A stretch of DNA of 64,000 nucleotides, taken from contig NC_068983.1 of NCBI RefSeq assembly GCF_001194135.2, forward strand, positions 163,512,492 through 163,576,491, read 5' to 3'. This document shows positions 52,577 through 64,000 of the stretch, in pieces. A program made the position numbers and the translations under genes. A model generated the notes under the pieces. It saw only the letters and a program-made list of their open reading frames with translations. It searched no databases and was not told the DNA's origin. The DNA comes from Octopus bimaculoides (lineage: Eukaryota). How positions within the stretch are numbered: position 1 is the first letter of the stretch; each line of letters begins with the position of its first letter.

Positions 52577-52745
52577 CCAGAAATACCTTAGGAATGAGAA
52601 CTCAGGTTCGAAATTTCCTCAAGACACCTGATGACGGCTGGAGAGTACATCAGCCGAAACTTTGTGTTAACAACAAACAAGATGAGAACAAATATCCGTC
52701 ATATGTAAATAATGTACATAATTCCTCATCTCTTAAATATAGAAC
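52481..52745 (+). mobile_element. Repeat family D: 54-bp inverted arms around (TTA)n, right arm continuing into the hammerhead motif
   Basis: 52481-52534 is the reverse complement of 52579-52632 with three mismatches; the extension matches 1601-1700 and 23375-23478. Confidence 0.85.
52623..52668 (+). ncRNA. Minimal type I hammerhead ribozyme motif, intact CUGAUGA and GAAAC, triplet mutated GUU to UUU
   Basis: GACAC-CUGAUGA-C-GGCUG(GAGAGUACAU)CAGCC-GAAAC-UUU-GUGUU; stem I 5 bp, stem II 5 bp. Confidence 0.65.
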
Positions 52746-52934
52746 GGTATCATTTCAATGTTGTCTTACAGAAAATTGATCGCCGGGGCTAGAGGTCGAA
52801 CTGCCAACATCATAGTTTGTTATGCTAAGTGCAATCGACAAAACTACCCGCGCTATTCACACGTCTTATCATTGATCAAAATTCAACTAAGTAGTTGTAA
52901 ACTGATACTAGAATCGAAGACAAACATGATGCTT

Positions 52935-53290
52935 GAAGCTATGTGGTAAGAAGTTCGCTTCCCAGCCACACGTGGTATCTGCGTGGTACCTTGAACAAGT
53001 GTCTTCTACTCTAACCTTAGGCTGGCCCAAGCATAAATGGATTTGCTAGACTGAAACGGAAAGAAAGTAATCGTGTGTGCGTATGTGTGTGTGTATATTT
53101 GTTCCCTACCACCGCTTGAAAATCGGTGTCGGCGTGTTTACGTCCCCATAACTTAGCGGTTCGGCAATAAAGGCCGATAGTGCAAGCGCCAGGCTTAAAT
53201 AAAATAAGAATTGTGGTCGATGAATGCATTCATCTAAAATTTTTCAAAGCGGTGCCCCAGCATGGCCGCAGTCTCACTGAAACAAATAAA
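52935..53290 (+). mobile_element. SINE family A
   Basis: Colinear with 3250-3690, with small deletions. Confidence 0.85.
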
Positions 53291-53922
53291 GGATGGAAGA
53301 TAGCAGATAAAAGATAGGAACTCTTGTGATTATAATTCTTGGAGAATTATTCATGCCCATGTTTCAACTATAATTATCCTACAGTAAAAATCAGCAAATG
53401 TCTGTTTTGTTTCGGAACTAAATTATAACTAATAGCGACGCAGTAGATTTTAGGTTAGCAATTAAAAGCCGATAGCGAAATAAGCCATTAAGAATAAGTA
53501 GTTTCTAGAATTGTAGAGTGGTTTAACAGTTCTTCTTCACTAATATTGAACATTTTAAAAAAATTCCAAAAGGTCTCAAGAATTTAACTTATTAAGGTCA
53601 ATACTCGAAATGTATTACATGTCTTGCAACCTACAGGCTATTACGTCAACCTCCCACACACAACTTGTGCGTACAGGCCCACTCATATATATGTATGCAT
53701 CCTCATATATGTGAGTGTGTGTATGTATGTGTGTGTATGTGTGTGTGTGTGTATCTATGTGTGTGTATGTGTGTGTATGTATTTCTAAAGTTGAGTTAAT
53801 CAAAACTAAATGCATTTTAATGATGTCAATAAATATAAACGCATAAGCGATTACGTAATAGCGACCATATATTATTTGAACTTTAATTAACATACACGCG
53901 CATATCACTATGTATGTATGTA

Positions 53923-54425
53923 TGTGGAGGCGCAGAGGCGCAGTGGTTAGGACAGCGGGCTCGGGGTCGTAGGATCGCGGTTTCGATTCCCAGACCGGGC
54001 ATTATGAGTGTTTATTAAGCGAAAACACCTAAAGCTCCGTGAGGCTCAGATAGTGGGTGGTGGCAAACCCTGCTGAACTCTTTTATCACCACATTCTCTC
54101 ATTCTTTCTTCCTGTTTCTGTTGTACCTGTATTTCGAAGGGCCAGCCTCGTCACACTCTGTGTCTCGCTTAATCTCCCCCGAGAACTACGTTAAGGGTAC
54201 ACGTGACTGTGGAGTTCTCAGCAACTTGCACGTTAATAAATGAGTTATGATGTCACTGGTGCCAAGCTGTATCGATTTTGCACATCCTTTAGATAACATC
54301 GGTGACGTGGAGAGGGGAGGCTGGTATGCATGGGCGACTGCTGGTCTTCCATAAACAACATTGCCCAGACTTGTGCCTCCGAGGGTAACTTTCCGTGGCC
54401 ATTCATGACCGAAGAGGGTCACAGT
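53923..54425 (+). mobile_element. SINE family B-prime
   Basis: Colinear with the reverse complement of 36729-37245; flanked by TATG repeats. Confidence 0.9.
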
Positions 54426-54429
54426 GTAA

Positions 54430-54917
54430 TTATGTATGTATATATGTATGTATGTATGTATTATGTATATATGTGTGCATGTGGGAATGTATGTATCTAT
54501 GTATCCATGTATGAATGCTTGTATGAGTGTATGTATGTATATGTGTGCACGTATGTATATATGTAAGCATGTATATGTGTGTGTGTATGTATGTATGCAT
54601 ATGTATGTATATATGTATGTAANNNNNNNNNNATACGCAGGTATGTATGTATGCTGGTATGTCTGTATGCATGTGGGCATGTATGTATCTATGTATGTAT
54701 GCTTTTATGTATGTATGTATGTATGTATGTATGTATGCAGGTATGTATGTATATATGTATGTACATGTGTATGTATGTATATTTGGATGTGTGTTTGTAT
54801 GCATGTAGGTATGTATGTATCTATGTACGTATGTAGGTATGTATGTAACTATATACGTATGCAGGTATGTATATATGCGTGTATGTATGTATGCATGCAC
54901 GTATCTATGTATATATA

Positions 54918-54953
<36 letters not shown>

Positions 54954-54975
54954 TGCATGTGTATCTATGTATCTA
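54430..54975. repeat. About 550-bp degenerate (TATG)n satellite
   Basis: Directly visible. Confidence 0.95.
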
Positions 54976-55580
54976 TGGTGAGCTTTTAGAGGGAAACGCT
55001 ATCGGTGTAAACCTAAAAAGAGGTTCCAATGCGGCATAAGGACTACTATGAAGTCGGATCGTGTTGGATGGCGAACAAAAGTGTGGAGTGGAGTGAAAGC
55101 GTTTGAAGAGGCCAGGATAACGCATACAAGATTCAAAAGAGATTCAAGGAAGAGTGTTACGATCGAGAAGTTGAATCACAATGACCTTGTTTGTGTGCAC
55201 AGTCTGTGACAGACCATGTCTTTCTTTTGCTGGGCTCAAATCTCATTTGCGAACGCATGGAAAACGAACCTCCACCAACTATTCTGCCTATATGTCTGTG
55301 CACACCTTTCAATCCAATGTATGCTAGATGGTTTGCAAATCTAACGGAGGCCTCAAAAGACATTTTAAGAACTACAAAGGTCAGAACTTAACTGCAGTTC
55401 TTGGTGGTCCAAATTGGAAGGCAATCTGTGTGGCTGTCTCTTTAAAACATTGTCTGGTTTAAAAAGCCACATCAGACGCCATAATGGATCTAAGGTGTAG
55501 GTACAGGATGCGGTCAGACTCAGCGTAAGGAGTAGACAACCACCGTGAATGTATGTATGTATGTATGTATGTATGTATAT
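54975..55580 (+). mobile_element. RTE-clade LINE 3' end with (TATG)n tail
   Basis: YGELLEGKRYRCKPKKRF, WSGVKAFEEARI..KR, CTVCDRPC, NLCGCLFKTLSGLKSHIRRH, short 3' UTR, then (TATG)n. Confidence 0.8.
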
Positions 55581-55954
55581 ATGTATTATGTGTGTAATTA
55601 TTTGTATATATATGAATGTATAAATAAGAGGCATGGAATTGATTGCCTCGTGTTTATATATTTTGGTCTTGGGTGTACCTGTTGAAAACGACTTCACCTA
55701 GCAAATTATCTGATTTGCTAAACTAAAGTCAGAAACCAATTTGGTCCAGGGGAGATGGTAAAAGTTTTTATTTTTTCATTTTGTTCCTTTCGGGATTTTA
55801 TCTATAATTTTGTGGTTCTAGAACCTAGCTGTTCTTTCTAGCGTAAGGAATCCCATGAGTAGATTCCTCTTATCTTTGTATGTATATATGCATGCATACA
55901 TACATCCATACATACATACGCATCCAAAGTCACATGCACAGACACACACTCATA

Positions 55955-56012
<58 letters not shown>

Positions 56013-56841
56013 TATATTCACACACAGATAATGAACTCAATACAATATGAGTCATACTGAATGCATCACGTAATGCATTGAGCATCATTGCTCGCATTGC
56101 GAAGTTACAATAACAACAATTCTCTTGAGTTGAAATAAAAACCTGAGGTCAGTTGACGCCATGCCAAAACACACATTGAACGAATTATAAGAGATTAGGA
56201 TCGTCTACCAACGGTGAATTAGCTTCGTTGCTAAGTTGGCAGTGAAGTGTTGTCCGAAATATTAAATATTGAATCAGTAAGATTTTACTGATAAGGAGAA
56301 CATCCTGATTACTTTAAAAGGATGAAAAACTCTGTTGGGATTAAGCATTTAAAAACATTATTAGTTAATTTTCCTTGTCGTTTACAAGGATTCAAGGATG
56401 ATGTGTGACTGCGCTGTAAGGTGAGTGTTTTAATAAGAAAATGGTGTGTAGGTTATTTGTTAGTGATTCGTCTGAGTTGTTACTTCTTTAAATGCTTTCC
56501 CTTTACAAAATCCAAATTGATATCTAGGGAAGTATTTTGTCACTTTAAATACGTTGTTCTTGCTTGAATGACTTAAATCATTGATCTGTTCGATGACCAT
56601 TGATTTGGTCTAAGCAACAACATATATATAAATAGTTTTATGTAGATGGGGCAACTGTTTACATTTATGAATTTTCAGTTTTAATTTAAAAAACAGTTGA
56701 ATTGTTATACATTAAATTGCTCTTGAGTAACGGAAGAATCACCATTTTACTAAGCTTTATTGAGACCTGAAATTGTCATAGAAAAGTAACCTGAAATAGT
56801 GGTTTCATATTTTATCAGAAGGCCAGTAATGTCGGAGGAGG

Positions 56842-56980
56842 AGTAAGTCGATTACATTAACCCCCACTGTTCAACAGGTATATATTTTATCGACTCCAAA
56901 TGGACGAAAGGCAATGTTGACTGCGCGGAATTTGAACTCAGAACGCGTACTAACGGTTCTGCCCGCTTACCGCCTTAGTA
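56842..56980 (-). mobile_element. SINE family C
   Basis: Reverse complement gives aggcggtaag..gcagaaccgttag..gttctgagttcaaattccgcg..gtcgataaaat. Confidence 0.75.
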
Positions 56981-57069
56981 ACCCGAAATATTAGAATTAT
57001 TAAGATTTTTCTGGAGTTTGGTCTCCTATAAAACACTTTTGAGGTGAGCTGTTGTATAATCTAACTTTA

Positions 57070-57212
57070 AAATGGCGGTGCTGTAACAGAATCTTTAGAA
57101 TGTTGGACGAAATACTGCAGAGTATTCCATCTGGTTCTTTAGGTTTTGAGCTCCAATCACACCCAGTTCATCTTTGTTTTTTAATCCTTCGGGATCGATA
57201 AAATAAAGCATC
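57070..57212 (+). mobile_element. Degenerate SINE family C, head-to-head with the previous copy
   Basis: ggcggtg...cagaatc.ttag...tttgagctccaat...atccttcgggatcgataaaataa. Confidence 0.55.
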
Positions 57213-59241
57213 AATCTAGGGATCTTGTCTGAAAGTCAGGAAGCACCAATGATTTAAATAATATTTTCAAAATGCAGTCATTAATACCCAATTTCCATCC
57301 CACATCATTTGTTGTTATAGAACTTCAAATCTACATGTTATCAACGAGGATGAAATATCGTTCAGTCAGTTTAAAACCTCGACGATACTCCTCGGTTTGT
57401 ATTTAGGTAAGACTACTAGTTTCGTTAGTATCAAGGTTATATCTCCCGTTGTTCATTATTTCCTCGCCTTCTCATGGATGTTCTTGCAATTGAGCAGATG
57501 AGAACTAGAGCAAACTTCTTGGACTTTGAATAATTCTAGAGCGAGATCCCAAAACCACAAGAAAAAAAATAAAGATTGTATTTTGTAATGGAGAATTAAA
57601 GGATCTCTAAATTAAGAATTAAATATACAGGTTCTTCAAACTGTCTGAAAAGATATTCTCTCCCATTCCTTGAGACATTTCCCTCCAGGGGCAAAGAATG
57701 CGATTCAGCCCGTTCGTTATTTTTAAGACCGAAAAAGAGTTTAGCTATGAAAGAATACAATATTATTGTCGCTGCCTGCTTGTGTTCCAACTGAGACACA
57801 ACTGACTTAATACCATGGATATAAAATATAAGCATTTTCCGATCATCATACATAAAATATATTTATTAGATGAACATGTAATATGATTCATGTCAACAGT
57901 ATCCTCACGAGGTAATATATAATAGATACAGACATCAAATTAACAGAGATATATTCACAAATTCATAACATAAACTATTATAAAAAATAGGAAGACTCTT
58001 GACGTGTTTATTAATCATTTTACAGAATCTTAAATTAATTGAATGAAATCTCTTACCTTACTACATCAGGTTAGATAGCAACGACTACACTACAGCTCGG
58101 AATATTTTGGTATAGGAACAATTTTACAAAAAGGTGTTCTTGAAACTTTAGAAAGCTAACTTTCCATTAAAGACATAACGTATATTTACGCTTATATTAT
58201 ATCTTACAAAATTAACTATTTCTCTTGTAATATCCTGTCTATCCATCAATTTTCCCCCGCTGGTTTAATTAACTGACGAAATGGGCTTTTATCCACCCTC
58301 ATGTAGCCAGTATATCAACGGCTATAAATTATGAGACACAGCGTTTATGTATTACCTTAAGGCAGCTTGTCTACGGCGCTACACTACTGTGTCCTGTTTA
58401 AAACTTCCTGAATTGATTTCTATCGACTGTTTCTTTAGTTGAAGTTTCTGTCTTCTGTGAAACTTTAAGTTATGCAATTATAATCTGTGTCTTGGTTTGG
58501 GCGTATGCATATGTGTGTGCATTAAACAACAGAATAGGTTAGGTTCTCAGCCATTGCTGTGCAGTTTTATTATTATGGATCTTTCAAGATGGATTCTTAT
58601 ATAACATATCAAACTTATGTTATATAAGAGTCCACACTTTTAATATCACACTTTTAAAACACATATGTACTCTAGGTCTGTATCGAATTCTCTCTGTATT
58701 TTTCCATATTACCGCACGATGCGTACCCAATCGGAAACAATTACATAACAATTAAACAATGATTAATATTTTCAATTTCTTAACATATGTTTTGACATTG
58801 TTGAGATGTTTCAGACTTCTTCTGACCTCATTAACGATGGAAAGTCTTATTCCAGTCTGTTGTGCTACTACCACCCACCACTTCAGAAAAGTAAAAGAAA
58901 ACGAAATAAGTCTAAACTATCGTCTATTTATTGTTGTAACAAAATAGACATTTTTTATCTCACTGTTCGAGATCTTAAGCTCCAAAACACTCCAATGAAC
59001 TTCGCCTTTCGTGCTCTGTTTTTTGTCTGCATCTCTAAGCTAATTAAGGTAATTAAGGTAATTAAGGTTTCCTAGTTTTAAAATGTCAATATGTCTTACA
59101 TAATTTGGTATTGTTGTTATTCTGTTTAACAATTGTTGTCAAAAGCAAATAGATATAAATAAGCATGCATACATTCATACATACGTACACACACACACAC
59201 ATATCCATAACTGTATAAATGGATTTGTATAAATAAGTATG

Positions 59242-59290
<49 letters not shown>

Positions 59291-60635
59291 CTTTGTAAAA
59301 TAGCTTAATTTCAGTAAGCATATAAATCTATGCCTGTAAAAATCTATAATAAAGACTTAAGTGGAGACATCCAAACTAAACTACTTCAGAGTGAGTTAGA
59401 AAGAAATATTTTTACGATTCCTGAATCTTTGAAGAGAAATTGCTTTATTGGTAGTGATTTGTTTGCACCATCTATTTAAATAAATTAATCTCAATAAATA
59501 ATTTCATTAGACGTAATTAGATTGAACTGCAATGAAGTTTTATGTTTATCTCTTTACCTCTTCCAGACACTAATTGTCTCCTATTGACTTAATAAAGACG
59601 ATTTCAGGAATTTCTGTGAAACAACCCAACGCCAGTTAAAGTTCAAATTGAATCATATCAAAAACACATACACCAAACACAAAACATCATACGAAACTCG
59701 TTGCACATCTTTGCTTTAAAGAATTCTCAAGCTACAATAAATCTATCATTCGATCTTAGAAATCGAAGTTGCTTAACTTTGATTTCAGTCACAAACTTTC
59801 TTCCAAACTCGATATATTTGTTCTTCTTGCAAGATGATTTACGTTGTAAGAGATGATGTTCAATAACGTGGATTAGCGACAAAGTAGCCAGTTGCAGTTG
59901 GCTTCCAAACTGTAGTGAGTTTCTAAATCGAAACTAACTTGCAAGTAAAATGGTGGATTTTCGAAAATCTTTTATTTGCATTTTGACGCGAAAACCACAA
60001 CAGTTCTTTTGATTTCAGCAGACATTTTATCCCAGTTGACATCAGATGTTGGCTGAAACGGATATCTGTCGTCATGTTATCTGTGAAAGTGGTTTCGCGC
60101 TGCTGTTAGATTAAATTTCGAAACATTTTAAAGCGAAAGATTTTGTAGGATCAAGTTTGTGATATGGTCTGCTACATAGTTATGACTAGTAAACCATGTT
60201 TATTTTAAATAATAACTTGTACAGCTTTATTTATTTTCCAGTAAATTTTGTTTTTACTGAACAAACTGATTCAATATAGCATTTCGTAGTTTATTTGACT
60301 GTCCATAAACACAATTAGTGCAGTCTAGAATCTGAGGTCAGTTTAACTAACCTTAATAATCAACTCTTACATAGAGACAAAGTTATTCTTACGTACAAAT
60401 GACAGTGAGTTGACATGATGAATATAATTTCTTCCTGGTGAATATTATCTCAATTAGAGTGATTAGTCTGCTCAATGGGAAATTTTCTCGTCATTATACT
60501 ATTCCGAAAGAATCTAATATAGCGATAATAAGTAATTCAAAAGTTGTCAACGTCATCGTTAGCAGCGACGGAAATTATTACCGCCAAACAAATTTCTTAA
60601 TGATTCTAATGATATGATATATAAAGAAAGATGTC

Positions 60636-60712
60636 TTTTACTTGGTTCAGTCATTAGACTGCGGCCATGCCGGGGCATCAGCTTGAGGAATTTTAGCTGA
60701 AAGAATCGACCA
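60636..60712 (-). mobile_element. SINE family A, 3' tail
   Basis: tttacttggttcagtcattagactgcggccatgccggggca. Confidence 0.75.
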
Positions 60713-61089
60713 CTATATATATAAATATATCGACCAAATATATATATATGAAAACGAAGAACGAAAATGCTACTTTCTTAAAATCAGTTATGTTTTAATT
60801 TTCCTTTAAATAAATACATTAAAAGAAGAATGTTTTGGTTTTGTTTTAGATGTTTCAGTTTTAGAAAAACCTTATCAAAAATATGTACTAAACGGGAATA
60901 TGTAGAGAGAAAAAAAGAGTTATTATTAAAATAGAATTAAAATTAACATTCATAGTTTACTTTTTCTGCAAGAGCACGTGGTAATCTCCTTTAATTTTCG
61001 TGGCATGACAAGTTGAACTCTCTGTGACCGCAAACCTCTACACATTTTTGAATATATATATATATATATATTTCTTTATATATATATAT

Positions 61090-61266
61090 ATATATATATA
61101 TGCATATATGTGGGCTTGTTTCAGTTTCCGTTTACCAAATCCCTCAGAAGGCTTTGGTCGGCACGGGCTATAGCAGAAGATATTAATTCAAGGTGGCACG
61201 CAGTCGTATTGAACCCAGAACACTTTCGTTTGTAAGCAAGCTTCATACTACAGAGTTACGCCTGTG
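61090..61266 (-). mobile_element. SINE family A, 5' half
   Basis: tttcagtttccgtttaccaaatcc..aaggctttggtcggc..gctatag..ttgaaccc..gtaagcaagctt. Confidence 0.8.
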
Positions 61267-62179
61267 TCAATGAATGAATAATCATAGAAATTTGATAATT
61301 TAATTGCATAGTAAATATTTTACTCAGTGATGGAAGGAAAATTACTGAACGGTTATTGTTAAATAAAAGAAAACATGCAATATACATCTCAAATGATTCT
61401 GGATGTAAATAACTCCTACAGTTTCACGATATGGGGTCGCCCAAAACACATTTAAATTTACTAGAAAATTTAACCACTTTACACATAATTGAAGTACTCA
61501 CAAGCATTACAAATATACAATAATCCCTCGCCTATATCATGGTTTATTATTTAAGCTTACGTCAATTCCTCTGTGGTGTTGTTTTGCATTTATAATAAAA
61601 TAAATAGACGCAGATTATGAAAATAATGAAAATATACAGCACATTATTGTTTCTACTTCACGGATTTTCACCTATCACGCTGGTTTTTGGAAAGTAACAA
61701 CCGTGATTCTACGAACTAACCACGTTTTGGTTTAATCTTTAAGCAGAAGAGCGTATCCTCGTCATTTTGTCTTTGCTTTTACAATTCGTCAAGAAATATT
61801 ACTAAATTAACCTAAGATTTATGCATCATTTGATTCTTATGAATGTTATTTTCAGAAAGCGTTCAACTATTGACTCAAAATGTAAAATAAAGTTACTGCG
61901 TAAGAGTCGAAATTACAATAGTAGCACAACCGTTACATCGCTTCTACTGCGGGACAATAATGGGGAAAATCGGCGTCAATAACTTTTAAGTAGATATAAT
62001 CATAGTGAGTATATGGTTTCCATCCAGATACACGTTATTGAGAACGTGAACATATATGTAATATTTAGGTAATCGGATTTCTTCTACATAACTTTTATGT
62101 CTGAAATTAAAGAAACAACAGTATAAAACTGATCTTAATTTCGATCATAAAATTTTACGGCTCTTCAGCTAAACTTGGA

Positions 62180-62320
62180 ATGTGATCTGCTCTGCTAACC
62201 ACCTACACACACACATATATACACACGTGCATACAAACACACAGATATACATACATGTATACATACACACACACACACATATGTATATATGTATGTATAT
62301 TATATTATATATATATATAC

Positions 62321-62387
<67 letters not shown>

Positions 62388-62760
62388 NNNNNNNNNNNNN
62401 NNNNNNNNNNNNNNNNNNNNNNNNNNNNNNNNNNNNNNNNNNNNNNNNNNNNNNNNNNNNNNNNNNNNNATATAAGAGAAGAGAGACGAGAAAGAATAAT
62501 GACATTGTCACGTCATGTTTTTCTCCCGACGGAAGACTTCAGTTAGAAGTTTTTCGACAAAGAACAAGACATTCATCGGACATCGTTACATACATACATA
62601 GGCACACACACACACACACACACATACATACATACATACATACATACATACATACAGATATAGATACATAAATTCACACATACATTCGTACATACCTACA
62701 TACATACATACGTACATACATACGTGTATATGTATATACATATAAATGTGTATGTATAAA

Positions 62761-62796
<36 letters not shown>

Positions 62797-62882
62797 GCGT
62801 GTGTGCCTATATGTATAAATGTTTCTATCTCTCTCTCTCTCTCTCTCACACTCTCTCTCTCTCTTTCTCTCTCTCTCACAGA

Positions 62883-62941
<59 letters not shown>

Positions 62942-62945
62942 ATGA
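62180..62945. repeat. Compound microsatellite block around an N gap
   Basis: Directly visible CA, CATA, TA and CT arrays. Confidence 0.95.
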
Positions 62946-63134
62946 ATGTGTATGTGTCAATAAATGTTATGGTAATGCAGCCAGGAAAATAGAACGAAAA
63001 ACATGATTACATAGATTTTATTGTAATTAATCATCAGAAGTTAGAATGACACAAAGTTGAGTGTGAGTAGCAAGGCTCGACACTGTCTGCAAATATATGT
63101 CCTCTTATGTTTTTAATTTTTTAAATGCTTCTCT

Positions 63135-64000
63135 TGAACAAGGAGAGAATGTCTAACAAAAATACAAGACTCCATCTTCGGAATGGTAGTAAAAACAATG
63201 TCAGATTTGAAACTTGAAAATAATCTTGCATAATTTTACTGTTCTCGCTTATAGGTTGTATTTCTAATTTGCGAATCTGTTGGTTGATTTCTTTTTCTGA
63301 AAGTCCTAGCTAATCCAGGTTGTTGTTTAAGCATTTACGCACAAAACCAAGTTCACCACCTATAACTGGTATAAATGTGAATTTTTAATCTGCATAGTAG
63401 AAGCTGGAGATTTCGAAGCAGTTGACCGTAGTTATCCTCTTTCTGGTTGAATTTGAAAGACATATTCATACCACAAGGACTGATAACATCTATGACCGTA
63501 CATACCTTTTATTGTCTATCCCCAAACAACAATATCTGACCTGTTATGCTTACAGTTGACAGGTGTTTTGATGGGAATGTTCTACCATTAGTTTTGCGTT
63601 GATGTTTCTATACATATTTAATAACTGGGGTATTCTCTATATTTATTCCAAGACAGTCTTTTTTACGAATGTCATTGTATATATTTTTCGCGACAACGCC
63701 ATGTTGCATTGGGAGGTACAAACTTGATGAACTTTTTCGGCAGCTCCTAATCATATGTTTGGCGTATTCCACAGAAATATAAAATATGCTATATTTTCGG
63801 TTGCATCTTGGAGCTCCAAAGGCTTCGCTGTCTCTTTTGTTGATTAGTTATTTTGTAGCAGTCTCCTGTTATTTTTTTAATTTCAAATGCATAGCCTTCA
63901 AAGTGTAATGTGATATTGCGCTCACGATTTTAAGTGAAGCTTCGCTTTATGTCAATATTTAATGGCGCTTTCAAGTCTTCGGGAAACATATCCAGACTGA
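63135..64000 (-). mobile_element. R4/Dong-like subfamily 2, decayed 3' end running off the window edge
   Basis: ITLHFEGYAFEIK, YLPMQHGVVAKNIYNDIRKK, NIPIKT..CKHNRSDIVVW, KEDNYGQLLRNLQLL, FTFIPVI; homologous to 29770-30680. Confidence 0.8.

Overview
Eukaryotic, AT-rich, repeat-dominated DNA. I could not recognise any intact protein-coding gene, rRNA, true tRNA gene or CRISPR array. The repeat families and the (TA)n-flanked N gaps (15 gaps, about 4 kb) look like a short-read coleoid cephalopod assembly, probably Octopus (inference from memory of these repeats, not a database result). Contents: many tRNA-derived SINEs from several families; decayed 3' ends of REL-endonuclease non-LTR elements (R4/Dong-like, two subfamilies); RTE and CR1-like LINE relics; a Helitron PIF1-helicase pseudogene; possible Tc1 and Penelope relics; foldback elements; and dense microsatellites. 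Most supplied ORFs are microsatellite or gap artefacts. Most interesting signals: (1) three unrelated short repeat families each carry a minimal type I hammerhead ribozyme architecture with co-varying stems; (2) SINE heads and tails occur in a 2x2 combinatorial pattern; (3) a (TTAGGG)-type tract is inserted inside a conserved R4/Dong ORF motif; (4) an R4/Dong subfamily is repeatedly associated with (CATA)n; (5) several foldbacks could form long dsRNA. A few weak exon/promoter candidates are flagged at low confidence.
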